64,000 bases of DNA from Hamiltosporidium tvaerminnensis FI-OER-3-3 (lineage: Eukaryota > Fungi > Microsporidia), in contig JAKIMF020000005.1 in the NCBI GenBank assembly GCA_022605425.2, forward strand, positions 1,116,001 to 1,180,000, given 5' to 3'. Below, piece after piece: positions 23,140-37,009 of this stretch (position 1 is the stretch's first letter; each line of letters opens with the position of its first letter). The translations under genes and the position numbers were made by a program. The notes under the pieces were generated by a model. That model did no database searches. It was not told the DNA's origin and was given only the letters and a program-made list of their open reading frames with translations.

Positions 23140-24960
23140 ACAGGTGACATAATGAAATGGTAAGATGTCTGCACTATATTATTGTAAATAGCATTAGTGC
23201 ATTTCTACAAAACGAATATGGAGTCGCACAGTTTAAGGAACTCTTGATAAAGAATATGGAGAATTTAGAGTCGATAGCGGAATCGAACAAATGTCGAACT
23301 TCGAAATAATCTTCTCGATATTTTCGCTCTGGACAAGATTCACAATACAATAACCTTCATTGATGAGTAACTACGACCTAAGATTCATTTAAAGTAGTTG
23401 AATAAAAAAACTTAGGAAGTATGGTCGATTATTCAATGAGTCGGGTCTTACTTATAAGATTGGTTTCGAGATAAACCCTCAAAGAATAACTCTGAAATGT
23501 ATTTTGACAAAGTACCACACAACATACCTTAAAATAAATCAAATAAACAGGAATATAGAGTCATACATTCAGTCGATAGTATCCAATAAGACAGTAAAAC
23601 CATTTCCTTTGTTCGGCCAAAGAGACTTGAGTCTGGACTAAATGCTGAGAGAGTTAAAAGAAAATTTAAGTAAGTGTTATTACCAATGTAGAGATGCAAA
23701 ACAACCAACTCTTCTTTAAAGCAAGTAAAACGGAGAAAATAGTGTTAAAAAATTATATGCGAAAAATATTTTCTTCTGTAATATTTTAGATGACATAACT
23801 ACTCGAGGGTCCCGCCAATAGATAAAATGAAGAGTCTAATTTGGTGGAAGGTGGTTACATTGTTCAAATGGTGAATAAATTCTTTAAAAGATAAAAAATT
23901 TGATAACCCAGAGCTTAATTAAAAAATGAAATATTTATAATTCATGTCAGGGTCAAGGTTTGATTGCAAGTAAAAGTGCAATTGATATCTAAGTTATTTA
24001 AAAGTGTTCATAAGCTTATAGATAGTCTGAAGGTAAAAAAATATTTTATTTATTGTTTCAAATAAAAAACCACTTAAACGATATGACATTAATCTTGGCC
24101 AAAATAGAAAAAGAAACTTACAAAAACAAGGCTTCATATAGAAATCTAAAAGGAAACTCGTACGTTTAAAATAGTTTGAAATAAGCTGTGCGTTGATACG
24201 AAGAGATTCTTTTATATGTCTTAAATATAAACATAAAAAGGCTATTAGAATCTTATAAATGGCATGAAAAAAACTATGTATAACAAAATAGAAAACCCTT
24301 GAACCATCCTGATGGCATAAGTCGAAACGCGAGAAATTCAGGCGATTTCGAAAATAAATCGGTAGAGCACAAATGAAAAAAAGCGTGTCTGATATTAATG
24401 AATAAAATATATTTCATTAGTCAAGCAACTAAAACTCATTACTTTTAAGTCGATAAATGACTATTAAAAAACCATATAATCTAATAAATATCTAGGTGTT
24501 CTTCTGAAGAATTTTAAAGAAAATAGTAGAGAAATAGAAAAGATTATATACAGGATATAAGGCATATATATACTTCCTAGGAAATTGAAAATCGATAATC
24601 ATAATTCTACAATGGGAACTATGAAACATATGAAATCCTTCTTAGATATAGAGATGTATGCTTGTGAGACATAGCAATTCGCCAAATGTAATGATGCGAT
24701 GATAGTAATTTGGTGACGTCATTTTAAAGAAAATATACTAAACATTAAAAAATGTGAAAGATACTGAGAATATGCGGCAATATCGTTTTCAAAAGTTGCT
24801 ATTAAAATTCAAATTTGTAAATAAAGTCACAAGAACCAGGAAAAAGCGTAGTTATGTTAAGGAAAAAGAGAAATTTGAATATTCAAATACCTTGCATGTA
24901 ACTTCAATGGTTGAAGCTTATATTTGATATGAAAATTAGATTGCTGAATGAAATGAAAAA
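23140..24960 (+). mobile_element. Heavily degraded RTE-like LINE
   Basis: Colinear RT remnants: KAY-DS-like (~24012), KYLGV (aaatatctaggtgtt ~24487), MYACET (~24654); boundaries approximate. Confidence 0.55.
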
Positions 24961-27900
24961 GTAGAATCGGTATAGATAAATATAAAAAGGTTTCTTGATA
25001 GCAAAAGGTAATAGTTCACATAAAACCAGGTTCTATTTGCTAAGTCGCCTCGAAGTCATAGAGTAAGTTGCCATTTCAGCAACACCATAACTTTCAAAAA
25101 TTATTAAAGTAAGAATAAATTATGTTTTTGATAATATAAAAGAGCAAGAGGATATTTTTAATTAGATCTGGTGAAATGGTTGAAATTCTGGAGTTTCGGA
25201 GCTGGTTTTTTCTTGGCCAATTTTTCTATATCAGATATAATGTTCGGAACACATATTTCTATTTTTTTTTGTTTAACAGCGAACCCATGTGGCTATTTTC
25301 CGAGCCATTGTTATTACAATAAAATTTAAACATGTTTTCCTTACGTGTAGATATACCATTAAATTTAAGAAGTGAATATACGTCCATTGAAACAGCAAAA
25401 CCTATAAAATACAACCAGATAAGAATATAATACATATCTACTAAAATTAAAATATATATACTTTTAAATTTAAATTGAAATTAAAAAATATTTTTTGATG
25501 ATTTAATTTTTTTTTGCAACATTAACCATAATTAGGTCTTTATTTTTAATCAATAAATGATTTAGAACGAATTGAAAGATATTTCTCCATTCAATCTTTA
25601 ATAAATAAATCTTAAATTAAAATTAATTTTTATATTCCCTTCAAAAATCAATTTTGGGATTTATATTTTTGCAAATGAACTATAACGTATTTTGGTATAA
25701 TTATACCAATTTCAACTATATAAATTTTTATTGTGGCATAATAAATGTAAATCTAGAACTGAAAATTTTTAGGATAAAATAGAATAATTGGGCAGATTTC
25801 CAATAAATCATTAAATTCTTCTAAAGTTTTTACATACTGCTCTCAACTAAAATAAATCGATTACTTAATATTTTATTTAGGGATTATTTTCTATAATTTA
25901 TAGTTAATTAAAAACATATTAATTTTGTTTTACTCAAATTAAACAAGTTAATTTGAACGAATGAATAGTCGAAAGACATAAATTGATAAAATTCCGATAC
26001 TAACTTAAAAGAGAATATACAAATTTAAGTTTGTCGTATTTTTTTTATAATTAAGTAATTTAAGATATACAAGAAATAATTTAATTGTAATTTTTCGATA
26101 ACATAGCAAGATAAAATATTTTTAATTATAAATTGTTTATGTTAAGATTCTAATGAAAAAAAACTATTTTTGCTATAAAAAAATCTTAATATTGTTACAT
26201 AGGTGAAAATTTGCAATAATATCGGCGTAATGATTTAAATCATGTTTAAGTTAATATTACACCGGGAAAATTTAGATTGGTTATCCAAAAATATGGGACA
26301 AAAACTCATTAAGACGGGTGTGCTTTTGAATTTCAGACCAATCCAAAATCAAGATTTATCTGTGCTATTGCTTCTAAACCTTTGTCTCTACTTAAATACT
26401 TGGTGGCATAATTCATACCAGCAGAACAGCATGATTTCTATAGTATATTTGCTTTCCCAAAATAACCCAAATAGTAATGGCTCTGAATTTTCAAAAAAAT
26501 ATATATCTCTTCAAACTAGCTTTTAAAAAAAAACGAAATTTCTCAAGAGAAATTTAGAAAATTATAGACATTATCTTTGAATTCTACATAATCGGAAACG
26601 TACAGGGAAAATAAATATATAAGACCAATGGAATAAAACAAGTCAAAAATAAATAGTTAGCAAGTTCAAATTCTAACATAAACTTGATATTTATGATTTA
26701 AAAGAAATAATCCATGTTAATTAAGAATATTTAAAGAAAATGCTATATGTAGTATTTGTAAGATTCACATATTTATAAGCAGGTTAAAAATTTAGGGGTA
26801 TATAAGGTAAATGGCTTATGAAAAGAAAAAAGTCTATATCTAAAAATCTATGAAACATCTATAATACATAAAGTGAGATTACGTTTAGAAATACTTGAAT
26901 GGTAAGAACTGCAATTTTTTTAAAGAAAATATGGGTAAGATAATTTCAATGCTAGAAACGAAGAATGGTTTTGAAAAGTGTGTTTGAAAAGCAAAATTTA
27001 TGACCTAAAGTAAAAAAACATACAAATTATAACTGCAAAGCAGGATTCTAACCAAATGATTAGTACTTATAACATTAAATCTCAATTTTAAAGTAACAGT
27101 CTAACACCCTGCTGTAAAAATATATTCAAAAAAGATTACGAAAGCTCTTTTTTAGTTCAAATTTGTAAATTTTCTTTAATTATAAAAATCGATACGTTTA
27201 CTTGAGGGTATATTTGTAACTTTTTAAAAGGTATAGAAAATCTATACACAAGGTGATACAGAGAACTTTTTTCCAAAAGTAAAAGTACATTTTTTATGTT
27301 GAATTGACATTTCGTTCATACAATAAATGAGATCTGTAGTGCAAAGTCTTCAAAACCTAAAAAACAAATGAATTTCTATCATAAGCCTATCTTATATTAC
27401 ACCTCTTTCTAATTCTTTTATTGCAGCATGATTTACACATGAACATGAGTTTGGCAAGTTTTAGCATTCTAAAAACATTTTTTTGCTAGTTTGGTTGTTA
27501 GCCGAACGCAAGACTTCATGTTTGAAAGCTAACTATTATGTCAGAAAGTAAGTTATTTACCATGAAAAAGTTAATTGCGATATACTCATTACTTGCCCAT
27601 TTTCTATTAAGCCTTGTACATATTTAGACATGATTCTGATCTTTTATAGAGACTCATTCTAAAATTCTATATAAATAATATATTTTATTGTAAGGTAATT
27701 ATCTTCAAAAAATTAGCGATTCGTTTTTGGCTTATATCATTTTCTTTTGGCTAGAATTTATATTAATAAGTATAATTTCAAAAAAATAGCAAAATTCCAA
27801 AAAAAGATACAAAATATTCTGCAAGTAATAGTTTGAGTTCTTGAAACGTGTGTTCAGTATTCAAGATGATGGTTTCTCTTGTTTTTTCAAAGAGATGTTC

Positions 27901-29330
27901 CACGGTTCAAATTAACGATTGTGAAAGTAGAACTAACCCTCAGTTTTGCGTCATCGATTTGGTATATTTTAATGCTAATATTTTACATATATATCTCTGA
28001 TTTTTTATATTGCAAAATCTCTTTATAGTAAAAAAAATGTATAAGAGACCAAACCATTGAAATAAAATATTGAGTAAATAAGCCATATCCAATGTTTCCG
28101 ATTTTTCCCAAATTTTTTGTTTATTTTGAAACTGTTCAAGCTATAACTATAATATTAAAAATACAGAATGAACTTATTCTGTTGATTATTTTTATTTAGT
28201 TTTTTGTTTTTTTAGTCTTTTCACAAAATATTATTTATATGGGCTTAATTCTAATTCAATAGAATAATATCAACCACTAATAGATATAGAAAACAAGAAG
28301 ATGAACTTCTTCGATTGCTTATACATATTATGAGGATAATTATCACGCTTACGGTTTTGAAATAAAACAAAATATAATAATTTGAAAATATAACGATAAT
28401 AACGAGAATCGAAACATATTTGACAAAGTACAAATAGATGCCTATATTGGATTAATCTTCCTTACGGCTAGCAAAAAAAATGAATTTGGTATTTTAATCA
28501 TTTAAATTTAAAATGACTTACCACAGCATTTCACACAATCAATAAAGCGAAATAAATTTTATTGACAAGTAAATTTGACCTTCATTGTAACACACGTATA
28601 TATAGAGCTTGATTTGGTTAATTAGTAGGCAAATATATGTTTGAGCTTATATTAAACTTAATATATAAATTCAGAAGAATATATTACACCCATATCGATT
28701 CAAATATTTGGTTTTATACCGATTTGTGTTTATTAAAACTGCAATTATGTATAAAAAGTGTCAAAACATCTATCGTAGAGAACGCTAGCATTCTTAATAA
28801 AATGTTCTTAAAACAAACACATCTAAAATAAAATTTCTATGAAAGCCAGAAGCTTTAATTTTAGTCTGTATTCTAGGTTTTTAAACAAGACTTTTTACGT
28901 AAAACAAACAAATTTTTATAGAAACATCTAAAACCATTATTTCATGCAAACACTAAGCTCATTATGAATTTAAAATTATATGTAAAGAAATATATGAGAT
29001 TGATATAATCGACGAGTCTTTATGACTATAATATCTATTAAAATCAAACAATTGTAGTGCCTCATCTATATCTTACAATAAATCTATAGAAGCCGTTTAG
29101 AGAATTAAATTCGAACATTATGCTTAATAATTCTTGATAAGGAAACCCATAAATAGTATCAGATATATAAAAATTATTTTTTTTATAGCGATATACCCCG
29201 AATTTTTGATTCCTAGAAATAAATTAGACTCGATAGGATAAACAAAAACAATATCCTAGATTTCTTCTGATTTATAAAAATGATAATACCAGATTCTTGA
29301 CAAGACCTAAAATGAAAGTCATGGTTGTAT

Positions 29331-29570
29331 TCATTCATTCATCTTCGGCACTAAAGTACACATGAGCTTTGGCCTCCGTCATTAATACCGCCCATGTTCT
29401 CTTTCCAGTGGGTTCGTTTACTTTTTTGAGTATCGTAACTGGATGGGTTTAAAGAGCGGGTTACTGTCAGCCCTAAGCCTAACTCCAACCTGGAGGAGCA
29501 GTCCTTTTTAATTGCCTCTTTCCAAGCAGAGAATACTCCAAGCTAATTCTGCTTCCGACATGCTGGGGAA
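29331..29570 (-). mobile_element. Short RTE derivative, copy 2
   Basis: Colinear with 4788-5014 and 43684-43919; (gaat)n tail; TSD catggttgtat 29320-29330 / catgattatat 29571-29581. Confidence 0.85.
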
Positions 29571-30783
29571 CATGATTATATAGATTTTTAAATATTTCAC
29601 TGTACATAACTCAGAAATATATATTATAAAATAATCTTAAGTGTATGTCCAGCTCCGAAGAAAATGTTTAAATAATATTAAATTGATTTTTGTTTTTATA
29701 AATTTGAGTTGAACAACTATTATATTTTTATTTATATAGTTTTGCTTGTATTAAATGTAAGTAAAATCTTAGATGCGGATCTAATTCAGTTATTTGTTGC
29801 ATTTTATTAAAAAAGGCACAATTTTAGGCCAAACATATGCAAATATATATTTAAATGTTAATATCAATTTCTTGATGTCTTTATAATTCCATACTATTTT
29901 CATTCTTAATACTTAAAGGATTCCCGATTATATGTAAAGAATATTTACTCAAATAAACTTGTATTTTAAATTAAATATGTTTTGTTCTTTATTTTATTTT
30001 TTTAACTATTCATTTAATTAAAGAATATATATTTTAAAGTGGTTTAAGAGATGGGGTGTTAAGCCAGTCATTCAAGTAATTCCTCGATTTTTCTTAAAAA
30101 ATTTCTTCAATGTCGTGCTATATGGCAAGATCCTACACCGTAAAAACAAAATTTGAATTATGATTATTATTGTGAATGATCACAAAAACAATTTTAATAA
30201 ACTGAGAGTATATCTAGGTATCTAAAGCTTGAAAATAATAGCAAGTTTTCCGACGGCTCCATATTATCTTAAAAAATATACCATAATAGTGTCTTGTCTA
30301 AATGTTTTCCATACCAATATTTTTTTTGGGTTTATATTTTTACGAATAAGCGGTGGAGTATTTGGCCTCGAATATTCCATTTTTTGCGTAATGCCACTCT
30401 TTCTAAATATGATGTACTTGGATATATTTTATCTTGCTCCGAATTTTTTCTATTTTTAATCTTTACAATTTTGTGTAAGATGCAAGCAATGACTCAAAAG
30501 CTCTACTTAAGCAGAAACCCACCAGTACGTCAATAAAAAATACAGACATACCATGTCTCTAGTTTTATTTATCAAATAGAAAATTTAAATTTTTTTATAG
30601 TAAAAAATGAGTTATAATATTTTATATTTATATTTTTCATGGAAGAATTCTTTTATAATCAGAATTTTATATTTTATTATATAGCGAACTGAAATTCAAA
30701 AAAAATCCTAACGACTTAAAATTTCTATAAATATTTGCGTCAATTATTATTAAATTAAATATTTTGAATTTAAAATACCCTAA

Positions 30784-31780
30784 ATGAGTTTATTAAATCA
30801 GCCGGAGAGAAAGATGCTTCTGTGATGTTATATTTAAAGATATTCAATAAGAAAACAATCCTAACTGCTATTTTATCTAGGTCTACGAGTCATGAAACAT
30901 TAGAGAAATATATAAATGATGGGATACAAATTGAAAACATGAATCTGGACGGCCTCCCTATATTTATATTAGAATATTCAATGTAATTTTAAATTTTAGA
31001 AAAGAAAATTCTGTATTTAGCCAACCAGAAATTACCAAAAAGCTAGATGCATTATTATGTAATGCTAATTGTACTTTCTAGACTATAATAGACCATCCAA
31101 GAAATGTTAGTAGATATGACTGTTCCGCTGCTAATAACCTTTTTTAACCAAAAAAATATAGTTTCTAGATTTTAAATTCCAGTATGAATTTATCTACTTC
31201 GCCTAAAGGTTTTAAGTGTAATATTTCGTGAAGAATGCAAGCTTAGATCCTTTAATTATGATGCCAATGTTTATTTTTCATAGAAGCAAGGGAAACACAC
31301 AATTTCCAAATATATGACACAGAAGTAATTCCGAAGGTAAAAATATTGTGGTTTGAAGATGCATGTAAAAAGCCAGCGTTGGAAATTTGGTATTTATTGA
31401 TCTCATTATAGACCGGTTTTAATATTTTAGTATTCTTTCGAGCATTCAGAATCGTCTGCTAGAAATATAAGTGTACGATTGTATTCTTACGAAAGATAAT
31501 AATCATAAGTAAACATCAAAGGTGTCCATTGATTATTGAAATAAAGGAAATCATAATACTTCCTTGGTCTTCCCGGTCTCTAAATTTTAATCCAAAGAAC
31601 ATTTTTGGAATTATATGATAAAAATGCCTTATTTACTTCTAAATATATGAATGAAGCCAAGTAAAATCCAATCGAAATTTAGAAGGATGTGTTATTGTAG
31701 CAGTGCAGACACTTTTTATCGCGATGAAACAACGAGTTTTTGCCGTTCTATTTGCTCTTTGATACCATACTAAATATTAA
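30784..31780 (+). mobile_element. Tc1/mariner transposase pseudogene
   Basis: Remnants in order: ILWFEDAC (WSDE-like), KDNNHK*TSK (QDNDPKHTSK-like), PWSSRSLNFNP..W (WPSQSPDLNPIENLW-like), C-terminal HTKY*; about 1 kb long; TIRs not found. Confidence 0.75.
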
Positions 31781-33124
31781 ATCGATGGATTCAATTTCTT
31801 TTGATTATACTTTTGTAAGTTCAATATTTTTGTTCTCTATAAGAAATATTTTCTAAAATGACCTTAACTATTTGTTAAAAATATACTATTTTTATAACAA
31901 TCTAAACATTTTAAATATCGAAGTTCTGTAGATGAATAATTTCATGTAATCAAGACAGTTAGAATTTGTTAGAGCTATTTACTGCATAAAGAAATATAAA
32001 ATTGCATTTCTTGAAATGTAAATTACTTTTTTGGGAGAACGTTTTTTAACTTCTTCATATTTTTTTATTTTGCATAATTTCTGAATTTCAAAAGAAAAAG
32101 TGATCAGGTAGTCGTTTACGAGCAATAAATTTTCCATCTATATGATTTTTAATGAATTTTTAACTCGCAGGTTTCGATATACGAAATTTTAAATTTTCTT
32201 TAACTGCAATTCTCATATTCTATCGCAAAATTTTCAATTTCAATTTTCTCTTGTGTATTTTGTCATAACTCGGGAAATAATTCTACGAAAAGCCATAAAA
32301 ATTCTTGCTAGCCAATATTACAAAAAAATTAAGCTTTTAGAACCTTTGTGTGTCATTCTAATTAATAAGCCTATATACAGGCCATTTGAATTAAGTAAAG
32401 TTTCACTGCTTTAAACGAATAAAAGCGCTAACTATGCTACTCGAAAAAGGTTTTTTAAATCGATCATATTATAAATAAAAAAACAAAAATCTATGGCATT
32501 TTTGGTTAGGTGTTATTATTTCGAATTATACATTTGCGTTATTTTTTAAGGACCAAAGATTATCTTCAAAAAAAATTTTGATTTTATAGCTTTGAGAATT
32601 GTTTTATTTTCGTTTATTTAAATTATTCTAATTTATAACATAACAGTAAATACAGCCTCTTCAAAATATCCTAAAATATTCGAAAGAAAAATTTAAAGAC
32701 AAATATCGATATAACATTAATTTTATTCTAAAATTAGAAACGAGAGACTAAGAATAGTAACTTTAAATGGAATTGTTTTCAATATTTTGTCTCATAAAAT
32801 GCCGCAAAAGCATCGAAATTTCTAATATAAAACCGGTTATATAAAACCATATTTTTTATATTTCTATTTTTTGTAAAATAAACATTCACACAATGTTTTT
32901 GTCAAAATTTAAACAGTTTAAATTTTTCTTTATATTTTAAACTATAATGAAAATTAAAGTTCATTATGATTACTAAGTATTTGTTCGATTTCAATTGATG
33001 TTAAATTTTCAGAAATAAAAACATGGTATTTAAGCCCAAAATAGATACCGATTTTTGTCTTGTTTAAATTTAAAATATACTAGAAATATTTAAAGCATAA
33101 GAAATTATTTATTTAAGGGAAATT

Positions 33125-35460
33125 TTATATAAATTCGGAATCTAGGTATGCATTAACTTCATTTGATCTTTCACTTCGAATTGGTTTCATTAAGACGAAT
33201 TCCGTATTCTTAAAGTTTTTTCTACGAATGTTTTGAACAATTTTATAATCAATTGTATCTAAATCAATAGCTAAACTTAATAAATTTTTGTAAGATCCCA
33301 AAATATGGATGTCCCCAGGCCTAATTTTAGTAAGATGTATCGTTATAGAAATTAATGTATCGAATAAATTAAAATTCTCGAAAACTTTTTTAAAAGCTAT
33401 TCTTTCTGTTAAGCCGTAAAAATTTATATCAACAACTTTTAGTTTGTTCATTTTTGGAAAAAATGCAGAATCGATTTCTGTAAATCGATAGAAAGTTAAA
33501 AATATCGAGTTAAGTCTTGAAAAACCATAAATGTTAAAAAATAAAGAAGGTTTTTCATTTGATCATTCATATACGATGATTCTAAATCCAAATATTTTAA
33601 AAATATCTTTTCGGTCTTATTTTTACTAAAAAAATCAAGAAGGTTGTAATACGGCTTTCTCGAAACTAATTTTTTATAATTAAAATGTGTATTTTCCATT
33701 TTCAAATTACAAACACATTTAAACTTTGACAAATAACCTATAAGTCTCGATTCGATACAAAATTTAGAATTAGAAAGAATTAAAGTCTTTAGATTGAAAT
33801 TTAAAGTCTAATTTCTATCAAACAATTTTTCGTTGTAGGAACACTCGAAATTCTTTATTTCGTTGGAAAAGAATAAATTTGTTTTTAAAATATCTATCAG
33901 TAACTCATTAGATACTATTATATTTTCAAAATATATATGCTTTAGAGTTTTACAATATCTTAAAGCGACATAAACTTGGCTATCAAGTTTTTGTGGATAT
34001 AATGACTCGAGCATATAAATCTTAATTTTTTTAGTATTCATACATTCAAAACGGAATATATCGTAACAATATCTAAGAAAATCACCGTAGAAATACCTAT
34101 TATTTGCATTTATAAATGGAGTTCGGTTTAGAGGATTGCCTGTTAAATATCCACCAATTTTGCAATACATAGGAAAACACAAAATGTTATTTGGCATACA
34201 TTATAATATACCCGGATCACTATTATCATAAATATAGTCTGATGAAACAACTTTATATGATGTATTCAAATTCTCAGAACAGAAATCTATTAAAAATCGC
34301 AAAGTATTAAATCGATTTTACGTGTTATTATTAAAATTTTTACCATGTTTTTGTAAGACACCAATATCTCTTTTAATTCCTAAGGTGAAATCAAATTCAA
34401 ACTTCAAAACTTTTAAGTTTTTAAAAATATATGATTTTTCATTTTTAAAAGTAGTTTTGTCGCATTTTTTATTGAATGAATATAAAATATTTCCGAAGGA
34501 AGCTTTGCACCAGAAAAAATTTCAAAAATACTTTTAAGTGTTTCTTCTAATGCAAATGCAAAGCAAATAAAATCTATTCGTGTGATTTTAAGTAAAAAAA
34601 ACCCAAATATTTCGTAGAAGATATGAGGTCTTTAACTTCGCTAATTTTTTTGCGTTAAAATCATTCATTCGTAAACAAATTTTATTTCTTTGATGCTTTT
34701 TGTTTTTTTCCTGATAAAAAACAGAACCTTCAATCTTGAAACATGTTATCTTGTTTTTAAAAAAAACAAGATAGTGCTTGGTCATGTTTTCTTTAAAATA
34801 AACCAATTCCATGAAAAATACCAATAAATCTCTCGATAATGATCGCTTTGTATCATGGATAAGATAATTATAATAACTTTCATTTAAATAAAAACCAAAA
34901 GACAATGTATTCAGTCCATATACAAGACTTCTTAACAATTCTTTAATAAATAGATCTCTCTGCTTAGATTTTTTGATATCTAATATAGTAATAATTCTTA
35001 AGATTTCCAGAAAAGCCTTAATCGTTATTTGATTAGTAAGAATATTCGATTTTTTTACCAATTCAAGGAAAAGAAGAAAATTTGAGTTTGAAATATTTTT
35101 TATAAACACTCTAAAAGTTGTTTTTTCTTTATCAAATAAGGATTTTAAAAGTGTAGAATTGAGTAGCATATTTTTCGTGTATGGCAGTGCTATAATATCT
35201 GGATTATAATATTTTGTTGTTCCAAACATACGTTCATGAGATAATATGTTGTTTTGAAACAATGTAATTTTATTATTCTTATTGAAATATTCTATATTTT
35301 CACTAATAAACATATTTTCAATAGTATGAGCGCTTTCTATTAGATTTGAAATTCTGTTCTCTTCGTTTATAATATAAAATGATATGCTTGTAAGAGAAGC
35401 TATCATCACACATGTAGTAAAAAGATAAAATATAGGGGAAAAGGAATTGCAGTAAGACAT
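33125..35460 (-). pseudogene. LRR-like family paralogue split into at least 4 ORF pieces
   Basis: Colinear ORFs 34588-35460, 33808-34197, 33496-33732 and 33125-33451; ~2.3 kb span like 10608-12938; shared pattern NFLLFLEL..ITIKAFLEILRII; C-terminal LRR-like repeats. Confidence 0.75.
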
Positions 35461-36479
35461 TTTTTATGTTGAATGTATATGGGTTTCATGTAATTAATAA
35501 GTTAATTACTGAAAAAATATATCAGTTTTTATTTATTAATTAATAATATTAATTAAATATGGCGAAAAAAAACCTATATGTTTTAAAAGGTATGTTATAT
35601 TAAAAAATAATTTAATATGGATCACAAAGGCCGTGACTAATCAAGATCCAAAGCTTACGTTTGTCAATTATGCTAATAAAGAGAGTAATTTTTCTTGTGA
35701 TAGACCAAGAAAACTCATTTGCTAAAATTTTTTTATTATAGTTAGAACATAACCTCTCTTTAAATTTAAAAAAACGGCGTGAGGCATTAAAGCCATTAAT
35801 TTCTATAATATGAGCAAATAGAAGGAAAATACATAAAAATAAAGAAAATGGATTGTATCATCTATTTTTCGAACGCAACAACAATAAACAATGTTGAAAG
35901 GTGAGAAAATTGAACCAGGATTTAAAGAAGACAACGTTTCGAAAAAAAAGAGGTTCTCTAAATCGAAAAAAGACACAATAAAATGGAAGACTACATTCAA
36001 AAGAATTTTAATTTAATAATTGTTCTAAAGAATAATAGAATTATGATAAATATTGTTTCAAAAAAATTTAAAAGAATTTTTGTCGATTTTGTATTAAAAA
36101 TTACATTTTTATAATAAAAAACTATTTGATTATGAGCATACGTGAAATCGACAACTAGAATTTTTATTATATAATTTAAGAATCAATCGAATTAATTAAT
36201 TTAATTAAGTTTAAAAGAAAATATTTTTTCATCAAAAAAATATAACAAATAATGTGTATATATTGTTGATTTTTTCTAGTAAAATTTATAATTATAAAAG
36301 AAGTTAAAAGCATTTTTGAATTAATAATTACAAACCATTCAGCAATAATTTTTTAAAAAATAGATCGCTTTTTAAATTCTAAATTATATTGCAATCATAA
36401 AAAATATTAATTCTTATCAAGTAGATTAAAGGTAAGCTTTTTGGGCTTAACTTATATAATATAAAAAAAGCTTTTGATT

Positions 36480-37009
36480 ATGGATAAAAATACGATCTTA
36501 AATGTTCCAAGGTCGAATGAAAGCTATAGAATGGAATCAATCAGAAATCAAACAACAGATAGATACATTTTCGCTCACCATATTCTTACAACAACGGCGT
36601 ATCTGCTAATACTTCTTCTCACAACCAACGTGCGTTAAGTGAAAGATCTCAAAACCAAAACTGTAATATAGATAACAACCTATGTAATTTAAATCTAGAA
36701 TTGCAACATGCGAATCGACATAATAGTTCGTATTTTAACCTGGAATTTAAATATATTTTCATGCTTTTCCTTCAGAATACCCTTTTAATGCTTTTATCCG
36801 CCACTTCGGTATTTAAAAATGTTTTCATTACACTTTTCTTGCTTCATTATTTAGTTGTTATATTTATATTTTACAAATATATGAAAGGATGTAATAATAT
36901 AGATTATCTTTTGATCGGTTTTTGGATTTTTTTTATTTTAGCAAATGTTTTTTTAATGCAAATATTTATACAGGCTGTATTAGAGAATAGGTTTATGTTA
37001 TGGCACTAA
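36480..37009 (+). pseudogene. Small membrane-protein family, copy 2 (one frameshift near 36590; could be an intact gene with an assembly error)
   Basis: ATG GAT AAA AAT start also seen at 44826; Asn/Ser-rich N-terminus followed by about 3 hydrophobic helices. Confidence 0.7.

Noticed and set aside
26900-27520. Further RTE scraps (FNAR-like at ~26945; ggctaacaacc at ~27495 on the minus strand)
   Set aside because: Isolated short matches on opposite strands; boundaries cannot be supported
27850-29050. Possible DDE transposase remnants (QIDDAK..NRG; IIDESL)
   Set aside because: Motifs too short and not colinear enough to call
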